Assembly: GCA_037379345.1 (NCBI GenBank)
Contig: CM074511.1
Coordinates: forward strand, 51,652,862-51,716,861
Direction: 5' to 3'
DNA: 64,000 bases
DNA from: Perna viridis
Lineage: Eukaryota
This document shows, in pieces, positions 13,975 through 28,200 of the stretch. Position 1 is the first letter of the stretch; every line of letters begins with the position of its first letter. The notes under the pieces were generated by a model that saw only the letters and a list, made by a program, of their open reading frames with translations, searched no databases and was not told the DNA's origin. Position numbers and translations under genes: made by a program.

Positions 13975-15910
13975 GAATTTGAGCTACTGTCATCATTTTG
14001 CATCCATCATCATCTGTCATCGTCTAAGCTTTTTTTCAAACATCCTCTCCTCTGAAACAACTTCACCAATTGGAATGAAACATGGTTGTTCCTTAGCGTA
14101 GCCAGCACAAAATAATGGTTAAAAATGTTTGAAACTTTGAAAAACATGAACCCTGTTACTAAAAATAGAACATAGTCAAAGTACAGTTTTTTGCTATTCA
14201 CTCAGAAACTGTTGAATGTAGCAAAATTACGATGGAGGGTAATATTGTTCAGCTAAAATTTTTCAAATGATTTGTTGATCTATGTAGGAGTTATGGCCTC
14301 TTAAACAGATTTTATTGTTGTTTTTCTTGTGTAATACTTCGATAATCTTCTCTGAAACCATGCAGCAAAATATAACAAAAGTTATAATTGTTCCCTAGGG
14401 TATCCTTCACAAACTGATCACTTATAGCTCCCTGGTCATAGGCCATGTAAGCTATTGCCATCACTTGGAGTCCGTTGTCCTTAACAATTTTTCAAAACTC
14501 TTCTCCTCTGACACTACTTGACCAATTGGAACCAAACTTAGTATGAATGCTCCTTGGGGTATCCTGCATAGAACTGATGATGGGATTTTTGATCTGTCAA
14601 AAACATATGGGTCAGACAAAAGTTTTTCGCCTACATCTCCATAACAATTAAGTTTTGCTAAATTTTCACAGGGTAAATGTGTTCAGCATGATGAGATCTA
14701 TCTGTTTAAATTTTCGTTTTAATCTGTGGAACCATATTGGAGTTATTTCCCCTATTAAACATTTTTTTCTCTATTTTTAATGTTATTTCTTTCTACAATC
14801 TTCTTCTCTAAAACTACTCTACCTATCAGAACCAAATTTGGTATGAATGTTTCTTATGGTATTCTGCATAAAATAGATTTTCGATCTGTCAAAAACATGG
14901 CCACTGTTACTTAAAATAGAACAAATGGGTCAGACAGATTTTTTTCACATATAACACCAAAACTGGTAGGTTTAGCCAAATTCTGACATGGGTTAAAAGT
15001 GTTCAGCATGGTTAGATCTATATGTGGTCAAATTTTAGTTTAATCTGTGAAGCCATGTTGGTATTATTTTCCTTTTTAGATATTTTCCATTTTTTAATGT
15101 TTTTTTTTTTAAATCTTCACCTCTGAAACTACAATACCATTCAAAACCAAACTTGGTATGAATGTCCTTCAGGATGTTCTGCATAGGACTGGTCTGGGCT
15201 GCTGTTACTTAAAATAGAACATAGGGGTCAGACAAAAGTTTTCCAAATATACCTCCAAAACCATTAAGTATAGCCAATTCTATTTATTGCTGAATTGATC
15301 CTCATCATAAGGCCTACAAAAGTCTGCATTGAGTCAAAGTTGTTGGATGGTTCCTTGTTAAAGTAATTGCCCTTGAAAGGTGAGAAATGGAGTTTTTTTT
15401 AGTTTTCAGCCAATATCTTTGATAGACAGAATTAGACTTTCAATTGATGAAATGGTCGTTATGATAAGGCCTGCGGGAGTGTGTAGCAATCCAAGTTGTA
15501 AGGTGACTCTTTGTTAGAGTTATTGCCCTTGAAATGTGAAAAATTATGCTTTTAGCAGTTTTCAGCCAATATCATGAAAACTATATTAGATGGAAAGAAA
15601 CTTTCAATTGATGAAATGATCCTTATGATAAGTCCAACCAAAGTCTACTTAAATCAAAATTGTCAGACCACTCTGTGTTAGACAGGGATGATTTTCTCTG
15701 CTTTTTTTGCTAATTGAAATCCGGATTTTACCGTTATGATTCTTTATTTACTGTTTATTTATTTCTGATTTTTCCAATTTCTGTTTTGTTTGATGACCTC
15801 ATAAAATCATTCCTGGTCTAGAGTTATTGCCCTTGAAAGGCAAAAATTTAACTTTAGCTGGGGGATGGTAAGTGAAAGCATTGCACTGTGCACCTCTAGG
15901 GTCCTTGCTA
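13975..15910 (+). repeat. HINE-type element(s) with internal tandem arrays (~300-bp and ~180-bp units)
   Basis: Recurrent tcttctcctctgaaact...accaaacttggtatgaatg at ~14040, 14345, 14497, 14797, 15112; recurrent gagttattgcccttgaaa at ~15362, 15517, 15821. Confidence 0.75.
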
Positions 15911-17699
15911 CTCTGAAATCTCTTACAGATTTCACTTGAAGTGCATGACTTCAGTTACTGTGCATTGCCACATGTAGGCACTATAAAAGTGTTGGTAGTG
16001 TAGAGGCTATATACTGGCAGAAAAAAGGTTTATCTTACTGCCAAGGCTAGCCAGTGGCAGAAAGTCAAAGTGCCTGCACTCGACCCCTGTGAATATGTAC
16101 CAACACACAAACTTTTCATTTCATGATTAAGGAGATGTGCATAAAACTGGTATCACTGTCATTTCAACCTGCTCACACATTTCTGTAGTATTGTTGTAAC
16201 TATGAAACAAGAGATCTTCGGAATATTACCAGTAAACTGATTATTGTCAATTTAGCTGTTAAGTGAGATAAAAGATTTGTGTAAACAACTTGATTGAAGA
16301 AGTTTTAATTTTAAAACATTTTCTTGTTTAATACTATGAATATTGTTTTCTGGCTTTTTGGGTTTTTTATATTTTAGTATCAAAATACCTTATGTTGCAA
16401 GTTCATGCCTAGAACTTCCCTACTGTTTCTAAACACTTCACACAAAGATGGTCCAAATAAAATTCCTTTTATACCATTCAATATATTTTTTATAACCTGT
16501 AAATATATTTCTGGTAATTATTCAGCTCAATAATATTCTATTATTTCTGCAAATTTACTTAAGATCTATAGTCTTCAAATGAACCAAAGATTTGAGGGAC
16601 TCCTTTTTGGCCTTGAAAGATGTTTAATAATAAATTTGCATTTGGAGAATTAAGTTCTTGCAGTAATGTGTCAAGAAGCATTAAATGTGCTAAGCATGTT
16701 CAATTTAACACAATTATCAGTCAAAATCGCTGTTCTATCATTAATATTTTATTATTAATAAACAGGAAGTAAAGAGCAGTGATTTTAATCAAGTAAAATT
16801 GATGGGAAAATTCAAATTGGTAATAAGTGTCTAGTTTAAAAAATGTTACATGTATATTGATAAAAAAAAAAAAAATTTGCAGCTGAAATTTGTTCCATTT
16901 TAGAATAATTACAGTGTAGGATAATACTCTGTTGAAATAGTTTCAATTGTGATTGCAAATTAATTTTTGGACAGTTCAAAATCATCCTACATAAGTAACA
17001 ATATACACTTCAGTGTTTCTACATACATGTTTGTATGATCTTTAAATAAAGGGAGATAATCTCAAGTAGAACGTATCCAAAATACCAGTAACCATGAAAT
17101 ATCTTGTACAGTGAGTCAAACTTATTGTAAATGAAATCAATACAATCAACTCACCAATTGTGGAATTGAGCTCATTTAAATATAAACATCACAACAGCTA
17201 CATTGTACTCAACAAGAAGAAATAAATTCTTACACAGGTACTAGAGTAATAAGCACACGCAAAACAATAACACAACAGTAAATACAAGATTCAATAGATC
17301 ATATAAATCTTCCAAAAATATGTACAACATACATGTATTGTAATTCAACTACACTGAACAATACTCTAAATGTTCATGCAAATTTTGCATGTGAAACTAA
17401 AGTATTAAATAACTAGATAACATTTAATATTCCAACACAATAACCAGCCATCAGTACTAAATTTCCCTAGAAAATTAATACATGTCTAGAATAACCAATT
17501 AAAAAGTAGAACATCTATACCAGGTTACTTTAGATAGGTATCACTAAGGTAAATATGTTGCCTTGTATTAAATAGAACAGAAAATAGATGTTTAAATTAA
17601 ATGAAAAATGTGAAATATAATAGAACATGCCTATAACCAGTGGAATTAGCAAAAATGGGTAAAAATCCTCTCTACCACATTTGTACTTTTGAAAACAGT

Positions 17700-17860
17700 A
17701 GTATTGATTGAATTCAGTTTATGCATATGAGGAAATTAGTTCTTAATAATTATAGTTTTATTTTACATCATGTAATCTTTTAGATTTTGTTCATGCTACA
17801 ATTTTCACAAGAATCAGAACCCTCCAGTGCTAACAGCACTTTGATTACTTTGAAAAACAA
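17700..17860. repeat. Dispersed repeat shared with 20310-20480
   Basis: acatcatgtaatcttt..attttgttca..ctacaattt...gaatca..acc(c)tccagtgctaa.agca in both. Confidence 0.7.
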
Positions 17861-17918
17861 AAAATGCAAGTAAAACATGTATTTTTTTTGTAATAAAAAT
17901 AATGAATAGCTAAACAAA

Positions 17919-18070
17919 GAGTAATCAAGGGAACCAAGGTTATAGCGGTAATCAAAAGAATGTAAACCAGGGACAGAGACCAGACATGGAAAACAGACAC
18001 ATAAAACAAAGAACATAAAGTAACTAAAATCATGCATACAAAGGGAAAAAAAAGCAAATGAGCAAATCGA
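17919..18070 (-). mobile_element. Short 3' fragment of the same Penelope-like family
   Basis: gagtaatcaagggaaccaaggttatagcggtaatcaaaaga identical to the 12350 region. Confidence 0.85.
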
Positions 18071-19083
18071 GCAAAATGAGCAAAATATTTATAAATAGCA
18101 ATGATTTATGATTTATTCATATTGTCTTAAGGCTACTTGTTCATATATCATCCATAAGTACTTTTTGCGACCATACAAGTATCATATATGATAGGTATGT
18201 TAATGTTTAATTACATTTTACCTGTAATCTATGCTTAACCATGCAACAGAGAATACACGTAAATTAATACTATCAAGAATTAGCCAATTACTACTTTGTA
18301 CTTTTTTTTATTTTCTCAAATGAAGCATTGACATCAGAGCAAATAGTATGGCTGAGAGGTTTTTCCATGTAATTTCATTCAATCAATACTTCAGGATTAT
18401 ATATTTATGGGTTTTTAGTGCTTTCGTTCTTTATTTCAAGAGGTATTTATAGGAGAGGTGTTTCTGAGAGGTCACGTTCTATTCATGTAAGTTCAGATTA
18501 AGATTTAGACATCCATGTTTTATCAGAGATTTAAACTTTTACATTAGAACCAAAATGGTCATTTCTGAATTAAAAAATATGGGGATTAAATTTTAGAATG
18601 ATAAAAAAATGCTATTATGGTAAAACATGATGATCTGATAAGACAGGTTTTTGCTTTAAAGATGTGATGGTTAAGATGGGTTTAAATTTTCTTGTCTAAT
18701 ATTATAAAAGGAGTTAAGTAGATTAATGAATTATAAGCTTTTGGTGAAGGTTCTTTTCCAATTTTTTATACCCCAGGAAACATATTTTGGATGTTTTACA
18801 TGTTAGATACCCTCTTGTCTGTTTGTCAGTAAGCCTCTTGTAAGCCCAATTCATCCCTAAATGCTCTAGGGATTTGTTTAAAATTTTATAGGAAAGTTGA
18901 GCATCATGTAGATGTGTAAGTGTATTCTATTTGTGTACTCGTTCTCAGTATTTCTAGTTTTTTTTTAATAGTCATTGCTCTTGAAGTACTGCACATGTGT
19001 GAACAATACTGATTTGGGATTCATGTACATTCTTTAGCTAGATGACTTCAGACCAATTTATATGTCTTTTTTCCAGAAGCTGT

Positions 19084-19212
19084 ATGGACAACTGGATACC
19101 AAACACCAATGCTAAACCATTCATACCCAAACGACTGAGGAATGTTCCTAGAGCTTCCAGTCAAGGGTTGACAGATATTTCAAAAAGAAAATGTATTTCA
19201 AAAATATTCCAG
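19084..19212 (+). CDS. POMGNT1: POMGNT1 coding exon 1 ([13 protein letters not shown]...KIFQ)
   Basis: Acceptor ttccag ends 19076, ATG 19084, donor CAG|gtatgt. Confidence 0.88.
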
Positions 19213-22200
19213 GTATGTTTACATAAACAGGATGATAAATACTCAGATTTGAGATTTGAATAATGTTTTTGAGTAAAAATGATACATGCATGACAAAACC
19301 AGTAAATAATAATTTAACAACAGTAGCAAGTGGATAAAAGCACAGGCTGAGATAACAATGCCTTTTTTCATTTTATGACAATGTCAGATAAAATTACAAT
19401 GTGCTTTTAGTTGATCTAAATCTAAACAAAGACTGTGTTAAGAAAGATTTACCTGTTTATTATACAACTAAAGTATAACAGTGTTTTATTGTGTGTAAAA
19501 TTGTTTTGTTTTTTAATGGGCAATAAAACATTATAACCAATTAAAGTTAAGACAGGTTCACCTTTTCTGTACAGAGTTACCTCTGGTCAGTTACATGCAT
19601 CAATTATTTCAGTTTAAGATCTTCACCACAAGTCAGTTTAATTTCTTTTTACCTTTGTACTACATGTATCATGTATCAAGTTTGAGAATAAAATAACTGT
19701 CTTTAAGTATTCTCAGATGTTCAAATATATCTAATATTTTTTTACTTCAATATTTTACCCCAAAATTTGAACTTGTTAAGTAGTGGCGAGTAAAATTTGC
19801 CAAAATTTCACATAAAAAGTGATTTATTTTATATTGCAGGGAGGGATTGTTGTTGTCTTAATAGTAACCATAGTAATCAACATAACATTTATACTGGAAA
19901 CCAGTAGAAAAGTTAAGGATCCACAACAAGTCAGTAAGTCTGTTTACTCAATATGAACTTATACTGAGTCTCATGTAAGTAAAGAGTAAGGACAATAACA
20001 AAGCTCTTTATATAAATGAAGTGAAAAAGTTATTGCTTGGTTTTGCTTCAAGATATTTCTTTACTAATGCATTATATCACAGGTATTACATAACTGCAAA
20101 ATGTTCATCAAGGAAATTATTTTCTTAAGCTGGTATGGGTTTTATTTGAGTATAATTATAGATTAGGATCAATACTCTGCTTATATAGACTTGAATGTAG
20201 ATGCAAATCAACTTTTGGACAGGTTTAAAAAATTTTGGAAAAAGATGAAATGGAACAAATTTTGTAAATATGTGTGAAGGTGGATCAGTACTGTAGTATG
20301 AATTGACATTCATTTTATATATTTTAGGATAAAAAACAGTTCTAAATTATATGAAAAATGCAAATGTATGATAAAAGTTTTATTTCACATCATGTAATCT
20401 TTGAAATTTTGTTCACACTACAATTTTTATATGAATCAAAGACCTCCAGTGCTAATAGCAGTTTGATTTTTTGTGACAGCTTTTGCAAAAATTAATTTAT
20501 TACTTAACTATAGATTTTATGAGGGTTTCCAAATTTTCTAAATTGATAGTAATCAGTTAAACAGCTGAAACTTGAGCAGTTTTGATTTTGTTTTTGTTTA
20601 GATATGTTTAACATAAACTATTGATGTTGTGATCTTTTAAGCTGAGATTTGAGTTTTTTACTGGTAACATTTTTAAAAATTCTTTTGCACTAAGTATTTC
20701 AAAAAAAAAAAAAAAAAACAACTGAGAACTTGTATGTTTATGTGAACACTATTTTAATAGAAGTATAAATTAGTATTATCATTTTAGGTACATATATTCC
20801 CAATGCAACAGTATTTCAGTGATAAAGAAAATAATGCCTTCTTTTTAACATTCAAAGTTTCAAATACCAGTCTCTCGTCTCAATATAGCTGAAATATTGC
20901 TGCTCGGACGTTAAACCCCAACAAACAAACAAACAAACTGAAAATGGATGAATTTCAATAGGGCTCACGGTATTGTCATAATTTTACAATCTCTGCAGTT
21001 ATAGAAATGTTATGTGATGTGTTTTAAACCCTGTTACATCATGTACACATAACAAAAATAACAAAAATCATTGCTTATCTTTAAAGTATTTAAAACACAA
21101 AAGGTGCAAATGTAAAAAAGTTGGCAGGTGGTATGCTGATTGGAGCAATGTAAAACCCTGATAGTAAAGGATGGAAATGTATCATTATTATTAAGTCAAA
21201 TCATTAAAGCTTCTAAACAGGTGTAATGTATTGATTCCTAAAGCATGCAAAATCTATACATTATAAAAATGTCTTATTTTGATTGTACATTAGTAATGCT
21301 CATATTTTATAAATCAATGAACTTTACTTGTAGCTTTTAGTAACAAGCTGTTGCAATTGATTGCTTTTTGATGAAAATTAATTTCTATGGACACAATTTT
21401 TGAAGAAACGTCTAAACGTTGTAATGAACAAAACCAAATATTACAGTTGGTGCTAATAAAACCAAATGTTGGTGGTGGTGGAGCCAAGTCTACGGAATAC
21501 CCACACTGGCTTGCTCTGACTATCAAAAATACAACAAAACTGGTGTTTATACATTAGTTTGGCAGCATTTTTTATAGTGGGAGCAAGTCCCTGTGGGATA
21601 CCTGACCAAAGAACTCTAAAGTATGTCCTACTGGTGACTGGACTGCTGCATTGACACTCTTGCATACTCCCAGACCCAAAGTGGGTTAGGGAGAGTTTTC
21701 CCACTTTAACTGTCTTGAAGTACACTTACTGAAGAGAGAGGTAGAAAACTTAACTCTGTTTCTTTTTTATGTAATACAATTGGACGTAAAGGCTTTTGTA
21801 TGTTATATAATTTCCTCTGCTTTGACATCATTTGAAGTCAATTAATATTGAATTGATTCCAGGTAAAATATGTCATGGAAATATTTCATAGTACTTTCTT
21901 GACTGTAAGTCGTTGTTGTCCACCCATTCTACCAGATACAATAAGACACACCCATTTAAGTGTTTATTTTTTATGTAAATATGCCAACATCTGTAGCTGG
22001 AGGTAATCCGATAGATCACAACAATAGTCAAACTTTATCTGATAAAATCACTATCCAAGTGTAGACGTGGAAAACACTGATAAAGTTACAGGAGATATAG
22101 AAATTGAAACTTTGGAATGGACAAAAATTAGTAGAGTGAACATATGATATTTTTGTGACATAGTATTCGGTCATGAGACGTTGTATTTTTCGTGATGTTT

Positions 22201-25200
22201 TTTTGGATAGTTTTTACTGTGATGTACAATTTTGTGCACTCTGTAGAAATTTACTGCTCAGACTTACATACGTGTGGAATACAAGTTTCATGTAAGCATT
22301 TTTATATCTTACTTCTATTTTGCTTAAATTTAAAACCAAAAAATATTTACTCTCGATTTGTCATTTTCCTTTTCTTGATAGTTATAAGATAAAGATATTA
22401 TGATTATGTAATGTTACATTTATATCATTATGAACTGCTTTTTTTCTTTTCACACAAATTTTATCATGTTCCTGATCAGTGTTAATGCACTAGTAACTTT
22501 ATACAACAACCTGCCAACCATGTACCGATAGTTACTAAAACACATATGCTGTTATTTAATCAGAATATATATTCTAATTATCCCATTATTTCTCTGTTGT
22601 TTATAAAGAATGACACAGATGTTTGAATAAAAATATTATATTTGAAATTGATCAGATACAGTCATTTTTGATATTTAATTTTGACCACTAATCCAAGTTG
22701 ACAATTTATTATTTGTTCATTATTTGACAAATTAATCATCTTAGTCTTTAGATTCAGAAATATTTCCGTATAATCACATGTATAACATTTTTCTACATAA
22801 ATTTTTGCATGCTGCATTGCATTATTGCATTTTTGTCATTCTAGATTAAAACTGCATTTTTTCATTGTTTAGGAAAAATTTTGTTCAACCTATGATTATA
22901 TGATAAGGGGCCTTTTTAAAATCCCCCAAAACAGTATCAGGTGTTCTAATCTCTATCTTATTATATTCTGATAGATGGTTAACAATTAGAACAAAACCAA
23001 TTATGCTTAACACATTATTTTTTTTTTCATCGATAGATAAAATATTTCTGTAATCTGTTGACGTTATTCTTGGCTCTTGGTTAGCGTGGATTGTACTGTG
23101 TTAGCTCAAAGTTGAAATATTGCATTAGAAAATGTACTGTAATGTCATATCCAGATGATGTCTCAATTAATTTCTGATAGAAAGTTTGAAATTGACCATT
23201 ATGAATAAAATCAGGTTTTATTTATGTACCCAAAACACAAATATCAGTGTTCTATGTTTCTACTATCCCATCATCCTGGGTAAGTGCAATTTGACGTGTG
23301 AAAGTTGTATACTATGTTCCACTTTTTTTTTGGATGGTAGAAAACTTAAATTTCTGAAAGCAGACTTTAATCAAATTAATCTTTATTTGACGTTTTCCAA
23401 TGGAAACCTGAAGTTTTATAAAAATCCTAGAAAGCTGAACAGTGTTGAAAAAAAGTTATTATGGTCCTAATGTCCTTAAAAGCCACTAACAGCTTAAAAA
23501 TGAATCAATAACATGTGCATTGTAAATTCTGAAGTTAATCATTCTTGCTGCAGTTTTGAGTACTAGGTTTACACTACATGGCAATTTTCCAAGGGTTATA
23601 TATGCTTTTGCTGGTCTGTCTGTCTGCTATGAAGCTGTATGAACTTAACAACTTTCAATCATAGCCTTTTCATGTAATGGTGTGATGCTTTGTGTTGAAG
23701 TTAAAGTATCCAGATTTATAACACTGGTATATGGGATGGAGCATGTGAATTTTTGTGTAATATGTTAATATAGTACATGTATAAATCATGTAGTTACCAT
23801 CAATTTATTTGATTTCAGATGAAGTTGGTGGCGTAAGTAAAAACCATGGGGCCCCAGCTAACGTGGTAGAGATGACCAGATACAAGGCCCTCTCTGTAGT
23901 AGTACAGTCCAGTAAATCTTCAGTGGTGGTCAATGTTGATGATACTGTGGTAAGTATGAATTGCCAGGGTATTCAGGCATTTTAAAATATTTACTCAACT
24001 GTTTAGCTCTATAATTAGATTTTTTGTTGTTGTTAACTAGAATAATTGCTTTTGTGATTTAGGGGTATAAATATTTTGAGTTTTCAATGGTTTAGTATTA
24101 TATAATTAAGATCTTCTGTGACATGTAAATGGTGTTATTTGATCAATTCTAAAGCATTGAAAAGAGATTTTGATTGTCATCTGAGCTTCCTCTTCCTAGT
24201 TATTTTGTGTTACCTGTAATTAATTACCTGTATCATTTTTCTGTCAAAGTATACTCAGTCAGACATAATAATGGTAAAATGTTATCCAGAAAAAAAAATG
24301 CAAGGTAGAAATACCATAACAAAGTAATTAAAAGTAATAAGTAAAAAAATTTACAGCTTGCTATTTGCATTTACAAAAGCAGAATTACTTATTAAAAAAA
24401 GAACTCCCATATATTCTATTTGATATTACTGTATTGTGGGTAATTTTTGTGGGGTGCTAATTTTGGCATATTTTAGAAGTCTGTCTAAAAAAGCCAAAAA
24501 TATACCAAATTTTAACTTGGGGCTAAAGTACTTAATTCACTACTTGGCATCCACCAAATTTATAAACATCAAAATATTTTCGTATACCTTTTTGCCTTAA
24601 AATGCCCATATTTTACACACTCCAAAATAAACTTCCTTGGTTCAGTATGCCATAGATTTTAACTGGTTTTTTTTTTTTTTTTCACAGTTAATTCAGGATG
24701 AGGAGTTCGACAAGAACAGAGGTATCCATGTAGCTGTACTAAACCAGGCAACAGTATGTATTCATAGGGAAAAATTACTTTCTAAGAAAGATTGGTGTGG
24801 CTCGTTTTTCAACATGGCTAACTTAATAAATTTACCCGACACATGCATTGTCATTTACTGTATAGGAAATACTTCACTAGGAAATAATTAAATGACCCCT
24901 AAGCTACATTGACAGGATGGGTAGTATTTAATGTCAGGAATGGGAAAGTGATCTGACTTTGTTCTTATAGTTATTGTTAAAGTTTGAGTGATATGCTTTA
25001 CTATTACAGTATCATATTAACACAATTTTTATGAAGCAGAAATATTGACATATTTTTATTTAAAAAATGTCCATTGTACATATACATTTCACTAATCTGT
25101 CGTTGAATTTATAAAACAAAACCATCTATGGTAATTTGAGAAATTTGACACTTCCATTTATTATGAGCTTCACAGAATTTATCTCATAAAACTGTAATAC

Positions 25201-28200
25201 AAATCTTTTTTGCTTTAAAAGATGTGTGTTTGACTAAAGTGATTGTATTTTATTACAGGGCAGTGTGATGTCTAAGGAAATATTTGATACCTACAGCCAA
25301 CATGAAGATGAAGCCCTCGTATCATATTTAAAAAAGATCTCTAATGGCAGAATAATAGTTTTTGCTATCAAGGTAAACATTCAGGATAATCTGAGTAAAA
25401 ATAATATAAAAAGACTTTAAAATAGTTTTATTGTAACAAGGCAAATATTTCTGTTGTCATAATATTTCCTCCTATTTATGTAGTTTGCTGAATAATTGTG
25501 TCTTATGAAAAATGTTTAAGATATAAAGGTTTCATGTGAAAATGGTCTTAAATTCAATACATGGGTCTTTTTTCTAATAAACAAAGTTGAGGATAAATCT
25601 CCCTGTCTATTTTTCAATCTGTATGTTCACATCTTGCAAGCACATCTCTTACAATGGAGTATGGAGTTCAGTTACCTGGTAGGCTTCATATGAAAAAATG
25701 CATGAGAAAAGAAAGTTATCTGTGGATATCTTCAAGGGGATACAATCTAATTATAAGGTTATCATATTTTCATCAATGCAACGACTCCTATGAGACTACC
25801 TAATAGATATTTTTTTTTATGAGTCTAAAAAAAAAGAGGTACCATGAAAGACAGATACTGTCAAGGGGGAATAATAATCAGACTGATAGACATAACATCT
25901 GTTTTCATAGAGAAATATTCTTTTTGACTGTATTTCTAGTTAATATGTGTATCTTTTACTTGACATATGATTGTATACTTATGTCCCTTTGCAGTCTGTA
26001 CCTCTGCCACTCTGCCATCTGTCCACATGCTTAATAACTAAATAATATAATTAGAGAATTCAAAATAGATGTCTTGATGGTATGTGGTCTCTTTTTGTTT
26101 TTCATTTTAGTTTTGTTAAAATTTATAAAAGCACCAAAATGTAGACAGCTGTATTATCTAGTTTAATGTTGTTGCTTTAATATGATATTTACTGCTGGAA
26201 GTCAAATTATGATGCTTGATAGAAGTAATCTGTTTGTTTCAGGATGAAGGTTCATTTCATCTTAAGTCAGAAGCTAGACAATATCTTAAAGAAATGGGCA
26301 GTGAGAAGATAGAAAACTTAGCCTTCAGGGATACATGGGCCTTCATTGTGAAGAAAGGAGGTATGATGATATATATTTCTTGCTTGATTCTCATGTCACC
26401 CCATAGATAACACTTTTTCATTGAGGATGATAATGAAAGAAATGCCCTACCAACTCTTTTCAGTCTTTAAAACAATGTTTTTGGCTATAGAGTACAAGTC
26501 AAGTTTGATTATGGTATATACTTCCTTTACTGTTACAGAGTTAAGAATATTTAGAATGTAGGGGTACAGGTATATGTGATCACCTGTTAAATGTCTCTTT
26601 TGTTTGAATAGAGTCAAGATTAACATGAAAAAATATTGCTGGATCCTTATTTATCAAAAATGCATGCATTGTAGGTAGGAAGATAGCTGAGACCTATGGA
26701 AAAGCTCCCACACTGGACAGTTGGGGTGAAAAGGTCACCATACAAGCTACCATTGATTTAGTCCGTGTCAAAGGTAAGTTACTATGGCAAATAGCTTTTA
26801 TGCAGATTTGCAGGAAGGGAGTGATATATGATTATCAGTCTATTTGAATTCAATATCTTTCAATTCCTTTAAATTTTTACTTTTTTCATTTTAAAATTTT
26901 CCTGTACAATGCACTGTACTATACCAACAAAAAGTATGAACTGAGGTAAAAATAGGTTGACTTTACTAGCTGAAATTTAACATATGAAATTTTCAATACA
27001 AAGTAATGAATGTATTTATCCTGGTTTATCAGATAGTGAATGTCAGTGGGACCAGTCAGTATTAAACCAGAGAAGAAAGTCATTCTGTAATAAGGTAGAA
27101 GGGTATGGTGATATATGTAATTGTCAAAATCCACACCCCATACAGTTTACTCCACAAAAGGTTAGTTTTATTTTCACTATGAATTCAATACATGTATAAG
27201 GAAATCTGTACTTGATTAATTTCATCTTTTAGTGCTAATGATTTACAAATACCGTATAGTGGGTTATTTTTGCAGGTGCCAAGTTTCAAGATTAGCTCTA
27301 TGAATAGGGGTATTAAATTGTTGCGTTCTTTATATTTTGAGTCTATTGATATGGTTTAACAGAGATAACTGTGAAATATCTAGACTAAAATTTGATGACT
27401 ATTTTCGTGATTCCCCAAACTTTGCCAATAAAGCAAAAAAAAAAAAACAAATAGAATGTCATGAAAAATTTCTGCTATACTATATCTAAATAACTGCTAT
27501 TTTTTTCATTCCCTGGTGACTACTTTTGTATTATTAAAGTTATGTGTAAAGTTAATGTACTTAACATCACAGATTAAAGTTCATTATCATTAAAATAAGG
27601 TTTACATTTCAGAATAAGACAATATTTTTCAAAAGGTTATTTTATTCATCAGAGATGTATGAAGGATGAGGCCCAACAAAATGCATTGACTATTGGGCCT
27701 CTGTTTAGCTTAGTCCTTGCAGAAAGTTTATATTTATGTTGATATTTTTCAGTTGGTGCCAAACAATATAGCTGATGTCCCTATTGTGATTATAGCCAGT
27801 GATAGACCACATTATTTGTTTAGGTGAGTCATGTAAGGTTAACTTTATGTATGAACTCAGTTTATGATAGTTTCATGATCTTGTGTTTGAAGATGTCTGA
27901 AGTTTTAATACTAAAACCCATAAATTGTTAAAAATGTCAATTGGGTGTATACCAGCATATAAAGATATATTTCTGTTTTTTTTGTGTGTAAATAATGCTT
28001 TCTGTAAATTAAATTTTAATGATAATTATTTCAGAATGTTAAAGACATTATTGCAGATATCTGGCGCTGATCCTAAAATGATCACAGTCTTCATTGATGG
28101 GTACTTTGATGTAAGTATTTCAAGCAGAAAGCACACCTGTATATGTTTTCATTGCTACATTTGTGTGAATGTTCAGAATTGAGCACTAACAATTTTGTCA

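Noticed and set aside
21314-21731. Minus-strand ORFs and a good acceptor (ttttctacctctctcttcag) inside POMGNT1 intron 2, suggesting a nested antisense gene
   Set aside because: All three frames stop within 15 codons of the acceptor; no recognisable protein or partner exons; probably a decayed repeat.
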